Shown piece after piece: positions 15,801-24,501 of a stretch of DNA of 32,000 nt. A model generated the notes under the pieces. It saw only the letters and a list, made by a program, of their open reading frames with translations, did not search any database and was not told where the DNA came from. Made by a program: the position numbers and the translations under genes. Origin of the DNA: Rhabdaerophilum calidifontis (GTDB taxonomy: Bacteria; Pseudomonadota; Alphaproteobacteria; Rhizobiales; Beijerinckiaceae); contig NZ_VTRS01000012.1 of NCBI RefSeq assembly GCF_008641065.1, forward strand, positions 22,206 through 54,205, in the 5' to 3' direction. Position 1 is the stretch's first letter, and each line of letters starts with the position of its first letter.

Positions 15801-16214
15801 GTGATGAATCCGCTCAAGAACTTCCTGTTCGGCGGCAATGCACCGACGTTGGCGACCGGCGGCGGCATCTTCGGAGAACTCGGGAAGATATTCGCCGGTC
15901 TGTTCCATGAGGGCGGGCTGGTCGGCGCGGGAGGGCCGGGCCGCAATTTGCCGGCCCTCCTGTTCGCGGGCGCGCCGCGCCTTCATGGCGGCGGCTACAT
16001 CCGGCCCGGCGAGGTGCCGGCCATCCTGCAAACCGGCGAGCGGGTATTGAACCGCAAGGAAACCGCAGCCTACGACCAGCGGGGCGAGCAGGCCGCGCCG
16101 ATGATGGTAACGTTCAACATCACGACCCCGGACGCGGGCTCGTTCCGCCGGGCGCAGGGCCAGATCACCGCCGAGATGGCCTCGGCGCTTGAAAGGGCGA
16201 GGCGAAACCTTTGA
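12858..16214 (+). CDS. tail tape measure protein
   Basis: 1118 aa, Ala/Arg/Glu/Gln-rich coiled-coil character with hydrophobic Gly-rich segments (about residues 185-260). It follows G/GT. By the lambda gpH rule of thumb (about 0.15 nm per residue) this predicts a tail of roughly 170 nm. Confidence 0.9.
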   Translation: MSTTNVSIRLGVEGKAEVKRAFEEVGQAGTQAFGQVDRALEKTGAATDRETARFKRLAEAARMAAQAEAAQGRFNQVLGVDRQAAGSARASAEVFEQAAREAERYETRARALRATLDPLAAAQDRLNAELAEHAALASRGAITTAEQAAANALAKSRFDQTAQAIKGVGANSKLTTQQVMTLQYTVNDVIASMSTGMSPMTILMQQGGQVTQAFGGLRGTIMTLGSAIGVVGGVIAGVAVSVGVLTAAWFANDASTRAVATALAGVGRASGATAAQLEQVAQSSAEAGKVSVSSARDMQVAFLRTGKIGAEEMGRAIAVSRNLGVTLGVETTQGAEELARALADPLRGADELNDRIRFLDDRTRAYVRTLVDQNNRAEAQRVILNALAPSLADAEQAVNALGRAWQFVGRSASNAFDALGKAVDRAVDGRTPTEELDLLRWQQERLRANVRGNVVPLMLPQVERRIAELERQLNDQQERARRIAAEARANEQSVRAGEIARDTNPGAREIERLRTQEGVLRAALADPLVRSKLADVAEVEAAYRRVITELARYRPSVDAATQAVVEQTSATDISIRATLSLAEAYLESAEAAARAEARRQGLVDQAREGVNAETRARQALRERIAEQAVEAARQVSELGRQIDGQRRLNEAIASGALSSQRAQQIMQVEQALRPLITAQTLAEGEAKEKLGRIIDRTREAYEQLHREQNRTDLLQGIERRRDEIALRERELSLVRRGPAARREGVDQLRFEQELKRLGIDPNDPEASYSREQIRRLNQLGRQTTGREAAFDYEQQNTGLAREVELLKQGVSARSEAIAMIRAEQQLRRQGIDPAGAEGQAALAAARRQFALERQAEAQVALQDQRAEIALIETQIGLIGASAQQRETVLATMRAEQDLRRRGIDLASEEGRAIVANAVRLQQLTTELQRQEATQRALQGAIGNALDRFGTLLAQGKTDWKSWADAGQAAINDIMNELIKLAVMNPLKNFLFGGNAPTLATGGGIFGELGKIFAGLFHEGGLVGAGGPGRNLPALLFAGAPRLHGGGYIRPGEVPAILQTGERVLNRKETAAYDQRGEQAAPMMVTFNITTPDAGSFRRAQGQITAEMASALERARRNL

Positions 16215-16792
16215 GCTTCCATGACGTGTCCTTCCCTGACGCCATCGCGCGCGGCGCGACCGGCGGCCCAGAATACTCGACCGACGTGGTGATGGTCGCG
16301 TCCGGCTTCGAGCAGCGCAACCAGAACTGGTCGGCCTCGCGCGCCCGCTACGACATCTCGACCGGCATCCGCACCCGCGAGCAGATGGCCGAGGTGATCG
16401 CCTTCTTCCGCGCCCGCAAGGGCCGCGCCTTCGGTTTCCGCTTCCGGGATTGGGGCGACTTCGAAGCCACCGACCAGCAATGCCAGGCGGTCAGTGCGAC
16501 GGTGTTCCAGCTGGTGAAGCGCTATCCGTCTGGCCCCGTCGTCGAAATCCGCACCATCACCCGCCCGGTGGTCGGTTCGGTCGTGGTGCGCGTCAACGGT
16601 AACGTCGTCACGCCGACCATCGATCACGCGACGGGTCGGCTCACCTTCGGCGCGGCCCCGGCGGCGACGCCGGTCGCGACCTTCCGTTTCGACGTGCCCG
16701 TGCGCTTCGACACCGACCACCTTCAGGTGATCAGCCGCGCCTATAACCTGCAGAACGTCCAGTCGATCCCGCTGGTCGAGATCAGGGCTTGA
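16211..16792 (+). CDS. distal tail protein, DUF2460/TIGR02217 family (RcGTA g12-like)
   Basis: 193 aa. The TTG start overlaps the tape measure stop (TTGA). The sequence reads FHDVSFPDAIARGATGGPEYSTDVV..ASGFEQRN.NW...R..YD....IR. Confidence 0.8.
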   Translation: MSFHDVSFPDAIARGATGGPEYSTDVVMVASGFEQRNQNWSASRARYDISTGIRTREQMAEVIAFFRARKGRAFGFRFRDWGDFEATDQQCQAVSATVFQLVKRYPSGPVVEIRTITRPVVGSVVVRVNGNVVTPTIDHATGRLTFGAAPAATPVATFRFDVPVRFDTDHLQVISRAYNLQNVQSIPLVEIRA

Positions 16793-16795
16793 CCC

Positions 16796-17635
16796 ATGAA
16801 ACCCACCACCCCCGCGCTTGCCGCGCATCTCGCCGGCGAGGTGACCACGCTTGCGACCTGCTGGCGGCTCGAACGGGCCGATGGCTGGGTTCGCGGTTTC
16901 ACCGACCATGACCGCGAGCTGGTCGTCGATGGGCTGACCTATGTCGCGTCGACCGGCTTCCTGCCGTCCGCGATCAAGACCGCCTCCGACCTCTCCGTCG
17001 ACAATCTCGATGTCGACGGCTTCCTCGACGATGCGGCGCTGCGAGCCGAGGACCTAATCGCCGGGCTGTTCGATGGCGCGCGGATCGAGGTCTTCATCGT
17101 CAACTGGGCAGACCTTGGCCAGGGACGGCTCCTGCTGCGCAAGGGCTTTCTCGGCGAGATCAAGCGCGCCGATCAGCGCTTCTCCGCCGAGATCAGGGGC
17201 CTGTCGAACCGGCTGCAGCAGACCGCCGGCAAGCTCTATTCGCGCCTGTGCCGCGTCGACCTCGGATCGAGCGAATGCGGCGTGGCGCTCGGCCCGCGCA
17301 CGGATACCTATGCGGTCACGCAGGTGATCGCCGCCGACACGGTGCGGATCGTCACGGCGCGCGCGACGGGCTTTTTCACCTTCGGCAAGGCGACCTTCAC
17401 GACCGGCGCCAATGCGGGCGCGGTCAACGAGGTGCTGCTACATGACGGCCAGACCATCCGGCTGTTCGTGCCGATGCCGCGGCCCATCGTGGTCGGCGAC
17501 CAGATCGTGCTCGTCGCCGGTTGCGACAAGACACCGGAGACCTGCAACGCCAAGTTCGCCAACATCCTGAACTTCCAGGGCGAGCCGCACATTCCGGGGA
17601 ACGACAAGGTGTTCTCCTATCCGGTGCGCTCATGA
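16796..17635 (+). CDS. DUF2163 domain protein (RcGTA g13-like hub protein)
   Basis: 279 aa containing LAAHLAGEVTTLATCWRLERADG...GFTDHDR.L..DG.TY and C-terminal GCDKT.ETC..KF.N..NFQGEPHIPG. Confidence 0.8.
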   Translation: MKPTTPALAAHLAGEVTTLATCWRLERADGWVRGFTDHDRELVVDGLTYVASTGFLPSAIKTASDLSVDNLDVDGFLDDAALRAEDLIAGLFDGARIEVFIVNWADLGQGRLLLRKGFLGEIKRADQRFSAEIRGLSNRLQQTAGKLYSRLCRVDLGSSECGVALGPRTDTYAVTQVIAADTVRIVTARATGFFTFGKATFTTGANAGAVNEVLLHDGQTIRLFVPMPRPIVVGDQIVLVAGCDKTPETCNAKFANILNFQGEPHIPGNDKVFSYPVRS

Positions 17636-18066
17636 CCGCCTTCACGCGTGCCGCCCTGATCGCCGAGGCGCGGACGTGGCTCGGCACGCCCTGGCATCAC
17701 CAGGCGGCGGTGAAGGGCGCGGGCTGCGACTGCATCGGCTTCGTGCGCGGCGCGGCCGAGCCGTTCATTGGCGTGATCACCCAGCCGATGAACTACGCCG
17801 CGACCTGGCCGCTTTACCGAGCGGAAGAGCGCCTGCGCGACGAGATGGCGGCGCATGCCACCGAGATCGACATCGCCGATGCCTTGCCCGGCGACATCCT
17901 GCTGTTTGGCGTCGGCAAAGGTCCGGCGCACCATTGCGGGTTCCTGAGTGAGGATAACCGCCTGCTGCATTGCTACCGGGAGGCCGGAGCCGTTGTCGAA
18001 CAGGATCTGACCGGGTTCTGGATCGAGAAGACGCGCGCCGCCTTTCGCCTGCCGGGCATCGCCTGA
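17632..18066 (+). CDS. NlpC/P60 family cell-wall peptidase (RcGTA g14-like)
   Basis: 144 aa with an ATGA overlap upstream. The sequence reads ARTWLGTPWHHQAAVKGAGCDCIGFVRG (catalytic Cys context) ...GDILLF....GPAHHCGF. Confidence 0.8.
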   Translation: MTAFTRAALIAEARTWLGTPWHHQAAVKGAGCDCIGFVRGAAEPFIGVITQPMNYAATWPLYRAEERLRDEMAAHATEIDIADALPGDILLFGVGKGPAHHCGFLSEDNRLLHCYREAGAVVEQDLTGFWIEKTRAAFRLPGIA

Positions 18067-18698
18067 TGGCGCGCATCGTCCTGACCGTCGCGGGCAATGT
18101 CATCGGCAACCTGCTGCTGCCCGGCCTTGGCGCTGCCATTGGCGGGGCGATCGGCACCTATGTGGGCGGCGTGGTTGACAGCCAGCTGTTCGGCAACGGC
18201 GCGCGCAACAATGTCGTCACCGGCCCGCGCCTGCAGGATCTGCGCGTGCAGTCATCCGGCTATGGCTCGGTGATCCCGCGCGTCTATGGCAAGGCGCGGC
18301 TATCCGGCAACGTGATCTGGATGCGCGGCTTCGACGAGGAGACGCGGACCCAGACGCAGACGGTCGGCGGCGGCGGCAAGGGCGGCGGTGGCGGGGGCCG
18401 GCAGACCACCACGACGGTCACCTACGTCTACTTCTGCGACGTGGCGGTGGCGCTCTGCGAAGGGCCAATCACCGGCATCGGAAAGATGTTCGCCGACGGT
18501 AACGCCATCGGCTCCGAGCACTATGCAGCGCGTCGCGTTTACCTCGGCGACGCCACCCAATCGGCCGATCCGCTGATCGCGGCGACCGAAGGCCTCGCGC
18601 CCGCCTATCGCGGCCTCGCCTATGTGGTGCTGGAGCGCTTCGCGATCACGCCCTTCGGCAACCGCCTGCCCAACTTCTCGTTCGAACTCACGGCCTGA
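18066..18698 (+). CDS. stand-alone paralogue of the N-terminal module of the g15-like host-specificity/baseplate protein
   Basis: 210 aa with a TGATG overlap upstream. It is colinear with residues 1 to about 213 of the next protein. Shared blocks: VLTVAG, YG..IPRV.G..R...N.IW.RG, GGGGKGGGGG, CEGP.T, ADPL.AA.EG, TPFGNR.PNF. Confidence 0.75.
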   Translation: MARIVLTVAGNVIGNLLLPGLGAAIGGAIGTYVGGVVDSQLFGNGARNNVVTGPRLQDLRVQSSGYGSVIPRVYGKARLSGNVIWMRGFDEETRTQTQTVGGGGKGGGGGGRQTTTTVTYVYFCDVAVALCEGPITGIGKMFADGNAIGSEHYAARRVYLGDATQSADPLIAATEGLAPAYRGLAYVVLERFAITPFGNRLPNFSFELTA

Positions 18699-18709
18699 AG
18701 GTCCGATCC

Positions 18710-21700
18710 ATGGCGCAACTCGTCCTGACCGTCGCCGGCGCATGGGCGGGCAACGCCATTGGCGGCGGGCTCGGCCAGGCGGCGGGCGCGATGCTGGGGT
18801 CCTATCTCGGCGCGGCGATCGAGCAGGATTTGTTCGGCCCAGGCCCCGCGGCCGTCAACAGGAGCGAGGGCGCGCGCGTCACCGACCTGCAGGTCTCGGG
18901 CTCCGCTTACGGCCAGCCGATCCCAAGGGTGTGGGGACGCGGGCGGATCGCGGCCAACATCATCTGGGTGCGCGGCATCAGGGAGACCGCGATCACCGAA
19001 ACCGAGACCACGGGTGGCGGCGGCAAGGGTGGCGGCGGCGGTCGTCGCCAGACCACGGTTCACACGCGCTACGAATACTCGGCCGACATCCTGCTCGGCG
19101 TCTGCGAAGGCCCGGTCACGGCGGTCTACCGGATCTGGGTCAACAACACGATGCTGGACCCCGAGCATGTCGGCGCGATCCGGGTCGGGTATGGCGAGGA
19201 CAGCCAGCAGGCCGATCCGCTGGTGGCGGCGGTCGAAGGCGCAGGCCGGACGCCCGCCCATCGCGGCCTCGTCACGGTCATGCTGGAGGACTTCAAGCTC
19301 ACGCCATTCGGCAACCGCTTTCCGAACTTCGAGGTCGAGATCTACCGGGGCTCGGACGATCCCGGCAATGCGCGCCACCTCGTCGAGGGCGTCTGCCTGA
19401 TCCCGGCCTCGGGCGAGTTCGTCACCGACACCGAGATCGTGCGCAAGGTCGGTCACGGCTCCGCGACGTCGCAGGCGGCGATCAACGCCAACACCGGCAC
19501 GAAGCGCTCGGACTTCCTCGTCTCGGTCGACAATCTGAAGCGCGAACTGCCGAACGTCGAATGGATCAACTTCGTCTACGCCTGGTTCGGCACGTCGATC
19601 GACGTTGCGACATGCGATCTCGTGCCCAAATGCGAGTACGCGCAAGGCCAATCCGGCGCATTCGGGGCTGAGACCGCGCCGCATATCTGGTCGGTCGCAG
19701 GTGGCGGGCGCTCCGTGTGGCCGGTTGTCACCTCCTACACGCTGCCAAACGGGCAGACCGCTCTCTCCTATGGCGGCACGATCAGCGACGGTTCGGTCAT
19801 CCGGGCGGTTCAGGAACTGAAAGCGCGCGGCTACAAGGTCCTCTTCTATCCCTTCATCATGATGGACATCCCGCCGCCCGATCCGGCGCCGTTCCCCTGG
19901 CGCGGCAGGATCACCGGCGCTGCGGCGGATGTGGCCGGGTTCTTCATCCGTCCTGCGGGCTATCTCCGCTTCATCCGCCACTGCATGACGCTCTGCGAGC
20001 AGGCGGGTGGCGTCGATGCCTTCGCCATCGGTTCGGAAATGGTCGGCCTCAACCGCATCCGGGATGGAAGCGGAGCCTATCCCGCCGTGCCGTTCTGGCA
20101 ACAGATCGCGGCGGACACCAAGACCAGGCTCGGTGCGAACTGCACCGTGACCTACGCCGCCGACTGGTCGGAATACCGCTACCATGATCGCGGCGGCGCG
20201 AACGTGGACTTCCCGCTCGACGCGCTCTGGGCCGACAGCAACATCGATGCGGTCGGCATCGACGCCTACTTCCCCATCACTGACGCCGACCGTTCGCTCA
20301 CCGACCCGGCGGCGATCGGCGCGGGCTGGGGCTCGGGCGAACTGATCAGCTATTTCTATGCGAGCGAGGCCGACCGGGACTTGGCCGGGCGCGGCGCCAA
20401 CCGTGTCCAGTCGCCGATCAGCGAGCCGTTCTGGGCGCTCAAGGACCTGCGCTGGTGGTGGGACAACGCCCACACGCCGCGCGTGGCAGGCGTGCCGACG
20501 GGAGGGCCAACCGCCTGGACGCCGAAGATGAAGCCGATCTGGCTCACCGAATACGGCTTCCCGTCGGTGCACTGCTCGCCGAACCGCCCGAACGTCTTCG
20601 TCGATCCGAAGTCGGCGGAGAGCTTCTACCCCTGGTACTCGAACCGATCAGTGGACCGCGTGGTCCAGCGCGTCGCGATCAAGGGCACCGAGGATTGGTG
20701 GCGGGACCCTGCCAACAATCCGCTCGACGGCCAGGGGCGGCGGATGATCGGGCCGCGCTTCCTCTGGTGCTGGGACGCGCGGCCTTACCCGTTTTTCCCG
20801 TCGCTGAAACGGGTCTGGCAGGACGGCGACAATTACCGCCTCGGCCATTGGGTTCAGGGAAAGATCGGCAACATGCAGCTCTCCGAGATCGTGCGCGATC
20901 TGTGCCTTCGCGCCGGGCTTTCCAATGCCGACATCGATGTGACGAGCCTCACCGATGAGGTCTCGGGTTATGTCGTCTCGGAGCGCAAGTCGCTGCGCGA
21001 GATGATCTCGGTCCTGCAGACCGCGTTCTTCTTCGATGCGGTCGAGAGCGGCGGGGTGCTGCGCTTCGTCAAGCGCGGCGGCGGAACCATCGTCGGCATC
21101 GACGCCAATGATCTTGGCGCGGCGGAAGGCGATGGGGACCGGGCGCGCATCCGCATCGAGCGCGCGCAGGATGTCGAACTGCCGATCTCGATCGACGTGG
21201 TGCATCTCGATGAGGCCCGCGATTACCAGAGTTCGACCGTCACGGGCCGCAGGCAGCTCGGCACGTCGCGCAGCGTGACCACCTTCTCGCTGCCGCTGAT
21301 CCTCTCGGTCGAGGAAGCTCAGACCATCGCTCAGCGTGCGCTCCGGGAAATCTGGCAGGGCCGCGTCACGCTCGAAGCCAAGCTGCCGACGCGCGCGATC
21401 CGCATCGATCCGACCGACGTGATCGAGGTGCCGGTCGATGGCGCAATCCGCCGCTTCCGGGTGACGTCCGTGACCTATGGCAAGCCGGGGCTCGTGCTGG
21501 TGCGCGGCGTCGCCACCGACGGCGACCTGCCGCAGTTCGTCACCGTGCCGACCGGATCGGGTGACCTCCAGCCGAACGTGCCGGACACCGCCGCGCCGAC
21601 GCGGGTCGAACTGATGGACCTGCCGTTGCTGACGGAAGCCGAGGCAGGCGAAGCGACCTCGTTCTATATGGCCGCATGCTCGCTCGGCGGCGCGCCGTTC

Positions 21701-22525
21701 CGGGGCGTCTCGCTGTTCCGGCCGACAGCGGACGGGCTCGACTACACCGTCTCCGGCGTCGCCGACGTCGCCTCGGTGATCGGCGACACGCTGACCGCGC
21801 TGGCGCCGGGACCGGCGCATGTCTGGGACAACGGCAATTCGGTCGAGGTTCAACTCGCCTTCGGCTCGCTCGAAAGCCTGCCCGATACCCGCATCCTCGA
21901 TGGCGCGAACGGCGCGCTGATCAATGGCGAGATCATCCAGTTCGCCAACGCGGTGCTGATCGGGCCGGGACGGTATCGGCTCTCGCGCCTGCTGCGCGGG
22001 CGGCTCGGGACCGAGCACCGGATCGCGACGCACGCCATCGGCTCGCGCTTCGTGCTGCTCGATCCGGGCCGGCTTGAACGCCCGACCTTCTCGGCCTCCA
22101 GCATCGGCCTCGCCATCGCCTGGCGCTTCGCGCCGGCGCCACAGGGGCCGACCGGGGACCAGTCCGGGCAAATCACCTTCGCGAATGGCGGCGAGGCCCT
22201 GAAGCCATGGTCGCCGGCGCATGTGCGGGGCACGCGCAATGGCGCGGGCGATTTGTCGATCAGCTGGATCCGCCGCACCCGCCATGGCGGCTGGTGGCGC
22301 GATCTGACGGATGTTCCCCTCAATGAAGAGACCGAGCGCTACGAGGTCGATGTGATGAACGGCGCGACGGTGGTCCGGACCATCACCGCTTCCGCGCCTA
22401 CCGCGATCTACACCGCCGCCCAGCAGGTCGCCGATTTCGGGTCGGCGCAGGCGAGCGTCACCGTCCGCGTCGTCCAGCTCTCGACCGCGATCGGGCGCGG
22501 CACGTCGACAATCGCGACACTCTAA
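18710..22525 (+). CDS. host specificity / baseplate multidomain protein (RcGTA g15-like)
   Basis: 1271 aa. N-terminal module as above, followed by a TIM-barrel-like region (KARGYKVLFYPFIMMD...AFAIGSEMVGL...GIDAYFP...IWLTEYGFPS) and a long C-terminal tail-tip region. Confidence 0.85.
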   Translation: MAQLVLTVAGAWAGNAIGGGLGQAAGAMLGSYLGAAIEQDLFGPGPAAVNRSEGARVTDLQVSGSAYGQPIPRVWGRGRIAANIIWVRGIRETAITETETTGGGGKGGGGGRRQTTVHTRYEYSADILLGVCEGPVTAVYRIWVNNTMLDPEHVGAIRVGYGEDSQQADPLVAAVEGAGRTPAHRGLVTVMLEDFKLTPFGNRFPNFEVEIYRGSDDPGNARHLVEGVCLIPASGEFVTDTEIVRKVGHGSATSQAAINANTGTKRSDFLVSVDNLKRELPNVEWINFVYAWFGTSIDVATCDLVPKCEYAQGQSGAFGAETAPHIWSVAGGGRSVWPVVTSYTLPNGQTALSYGGTISDGSVIRAVQELKARGYKVLFYPFIMMDIPPPDPAPFPWRGRITGAAADVAGFFIRPAGYLRFIRHCMTLCEQAGGVDAFAIGSEMVGLNRIRDGSGAYPAVPFWQQIAADTKTRLGANCTVTYAADWSEYRYHDRGGANVDFPLDALWADSNIDAVGIDAYFPITDADRSLTDPAAIGAGWGSGELISYFYASEADRDLAGRGANRVQSPISEPFWALKDLRWWWDNAHTPRVAGVPTGGPTAWTPKMKPIWLTEYGFPSVHCSPNRPNVFVDPKSAESFYPWYSNRSVDRVVQRVAIKGTEDWWRDPANNPLDGQGRRMIGPRFLWCWDARPYPFFPSLKRVWQDGDNYRLGHWVQGKIGNMQLSEIVRDLCLRAGLSNADIDVTSLTDEVSGYVVSERKSLREMISVLQTAFFFDAVESGGVLRFVKRGGGTIVGIDANDLGAAEGDGDRARIRIERAQDVELPISIDVVHLDEARDYQSSTVTGRRQLGTSRSVTTFSLPLILSVEEAQTIAQRALREIWQGRVTLEAKLPTRAIRIDPTDVIEVPVDGAIRRFRVTSVTYGKPGLVLVRGVATDGDLPQFVTVPTGSGDLQPNVPDTAAPTRVELMDLPLLTEAEAGEATSFYMAACSLGGAPFRGVSLFRPTADGLDYTVSGVADVASVIGDTLTALAPGPAHVWDNGNSVEVQLAFGSLESLPDTRILDGANGALINGEIIQFANAVLIGPGRYRLSRLLRGRLGTEHRIATHAIGSRFVLLDPGRLERPTFSASSIGLAIAWRFAPAPQGPTGDQSGQITFANGGEALKPWSPAHVRGTRNGAGDLSISWIRRTRHGGWWRDLTDVPLNEETERYEVDVMNGATVVRTITASAPTAIYTAAQQVADFGSAQASVTVRVVQLSTAIGRGTSTIATL

Positions 22526-22537
22526 GGGATTACATCC

Positions 22538-23749
22538 ATGCACATCTTCACCGGCAACGGCGTCTCCGACGCCGTCGCGAGCGATTCCGCCGTGGCGCAT
22601 GTCGCGCTGCGCGGGGCGTTCGGCGGCGGACTCGTGACCGCCGAAACGATCGCTCCGGATCTTCCGGACGGCGAGACCTCGAACTGGATTCCGATCCCCT
22701 CGGTCGCCGCGTCCGCTCCGACCTTGATCGCAATCCCCATCCCGGCGGGATGGCGCTGGCGGCTGCGGCTCTCCGGCGCGACGGCGCCGAACCTCGCCGT
22801 TGCGCGCATCGCCTTTCCCGCGACGGACGCCGGCTGGAACGCTCCGCTCGCCGGGCTCTTGCGGTCGGCTGGCGCCGCCGGCGGGCCGATCAGCATCGCC
22901 AACTTCCCAGCCGCGCAGGCGGTCACCGGCCCACTCACCGACGCGCAGCTCCGGGCAGCGCTCGTGCCGGTGCTTGCGCGGCCCGCGGACGGGCTTCTCG
23001 TCACCGGCTCTGCGACATCGGCAGCGACTCTGTTCACCCAGGATTGCGCGCCTCCGGACGCTCCCGCCTTCAATTCTGTCGCGGTGCAGATCACCAATCC
23101 GGGCACCGGATGCACTGTTGCTTACGAGGTCTCGAACGACGGCTTGACCTGGTCGGCGGTCACCGGCTCTACGCCCCTCTGGACGGCCGCTTCTGCCGGC
23201 AACAATCCCTCGACTTCCACAACCGCGGCCATGCTCGTCTTCCCGGTGTTCGCGCGCTTCTTCCGAGCGCGCGTCTCTACCTACGGCTCGGGCACCGTCG
23301 CGGCCGTCGCTGTCTTTCGACAGGACGCCCGGCCGATCACTACGATGAACGTCGGCCTCATCGCGACGACGGCGGCGATCGGCGACGTCGGCCTGCAGTT
23401 GCGTGCGACCGCCACCGGCGCAGCGACGATCCATCACGTGATCGCTGCGGCCACGACCAACGCTGCAGTCGTGAAGGCCGCTGCCGGCCGGCTCGTCGGC
23501 TGGTGCCTCGGCAATGCGGCGGCCGCTTGGCGCTACGTGAAGTTGCACAACATCGCCAGCGCGCCGACCGCCGGGACCGGCGTCGTCCTCACCATCGCGA
23601 TCCCGCCCAACGGCCTCGCCCAGCACGACATACCGGCCGGAATCGGATTCTCGACCGGCATCGGCCGCACGATCGTCTCGGGCTTCGCGGACGCTGACGC
23701 CACGGCGGTCACGGCCGGTGACGTCGTGGGCGACATGTTCTTCGCTTGA
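22538..23749 (+). CDS. hypothetical virion (fibre/receptor-binding region) protein
   Basis: 403-aa ORF with very high third-position GC and an RBS AAGGGA. It lies directly after the host-specificity gene. I recognise no family. Confidence 0.6.
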   Translation: MHIFTGNGVSDAVASDSAVAHVALRGAFGGGLVTAETIAPDLPDGETSNWIPIPSVAASAPTLIAIPIPAGWRWRLRLSGATAPNLAVARIAFPATDAGWNAPLAGLLRSAGAAGGPISIANFPAAQAVTGPLTDAQLRAALVPVLARPADGLLVTGSATSAATLFTQDCAPPDAPAFNSVAVQITNPGTGCTVAYEVSNDGLTWSAVTGSTPLWTAASAGNNPSTSTTAAMLVFPVFARFFRARVSTYGSGTVAAVAVFRQDARPITTMNVGLIATTAAIGDVGLQLRATATGAATIHHVIAAATTNAAVVKAAAGRLVGWCLGNAAAAWRYVKLHNIASAPTAGTGVVLTIAIPPNGLAQHDIPAGIGFSTGIGRTIVSGFADADATAVTAGDVVGDMFFA

Positions 23750-23777
23750 ACCGTCCCAATCTCCCGGAGCATCCGCC

Positions 23778-24476
23778 ATGACGACGCCGAACCTCGGCCT
23801 GCCCTTCATCGTCCAGGGGCAGGCGCAGAAGGAGGTCACGCACAACGAGGCGCTGATCCGGCTTGACGCGCTCGTGCACGGCAGCGTGCGCAGCAGGTCG
23901 CTCGCCACGCCGCCCGGGTCACCCGCGAATGGCGAGCGCTGGATCGTGCCTTCCGGCGCGACCGGCGCATGGGCAGGACAAGCGGGCCGGATCGCGCACT
24001 GGAACGTCAATGCCTGGGCGTTCTACGTGCCCGTCACCGGCTGGCGCTATCATGTCGAGGACGAGCGGCTCACGGTCGTCTGGGCGGATGGCGATTGGCG
24101 CGATCGCATCGTCGGCACGCCCAATGGCGGCGCGATCCGGCTCGTGGCGCTTGAACAGGAACTGACGCTCACCGGCGCGTTCGTCGACACGACCACCGCC
24201 GTGATCGCCGACCGCATGATCGTATTGGCCGTCGCCTCGCGAACCACGCAGGCGATCACTGGCGCGACCTCCTACGGCGTCGGCGTCGCTGGCAACGCCA
24301 GCCAGTTCGGCGGCTCACTCGGCATCGCGGTTGGTTCGAACAATATCGGCGTGATCGGTCCGACCGCCTTCTACGCCAATACGCCGATCCGGGTGACGGC
24401 GGCTGGCGGCAACTTCACCGCGGGCCGCGTGCGCGTCGTCCTCTACGCGCTCGCCTTCACCGCCCCGACCGCGTGA
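23778..24476 (+). CDS. DUF2793 domain protein (fibre-associated)
   Basis: ATG at 23778 follows GGAG. The sequence MTTPNLGLPFIVQGQAQKEVTHNEALIRLDALV...PPGSPANGERWIV...GAWAGQAGRIA matches the DUF2793 N-terminal signature as I recall it. Confidence 0.7.
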   Translation: MTTPNLGLPFIVQGQAQKEVTHNEALIRLDALVHGSVRSRSLATPPGSPANGERWIVPSGATGAWAGQAGRIAHWNVNAWAFYVPVTGWRYHVEDERLTVVWADGDWRDRIVGTPNGGAIRLVALEQELTLTGAFVDTTTAVIADRMIVLAVASRTTQAITGATSYGVGVAGNASQFGGSLGIAVGSNNIGVIGPTAFYANTPIRVTAAGGNFTAGRVRVVLYALAFTAPTA

Positions 24477-24501
24477 TCTGAAGTCCAACATCCAGGAGAC
24501 T

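Noticed and set aside
12852-16031. 1059-aa ORF on the minus strand opposite the tape measure gene. Similar long antisense ORFs occur at 20648-24010, 18620-20572, 8025-9653, 10845-12437, 26700-28301, 3054-4184 and 6951-8009.
   Set aside because: These are shadow ORFs, typical of GC-rich DNA. Their translations are Arg/Gly/Asp/Pro-rich and low in complexity, and I recognise no motifs in them. They lie antisense to ORFs with clear family signatures, RBSs and translational coupling.
18367-18400. GGGGKGGGGGG tract (also at about 19015-19045) that could be mistaken for a P-loop/Walker A motif.
   Set aside because: It does not fit GxxxxGK[ST] and has no Walker B context. It is a conserved low-complexity Gly-Lys tract present in both g15-like N-terminal modules.
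24333-24340. GGTTCGAA, a tRNA T-loop-like string.
   Set aside because: It lies inside the DUF2793 coding sequence. No acceptor or anticodon stems can be built around it. I found no tRNA anywhere in the window.
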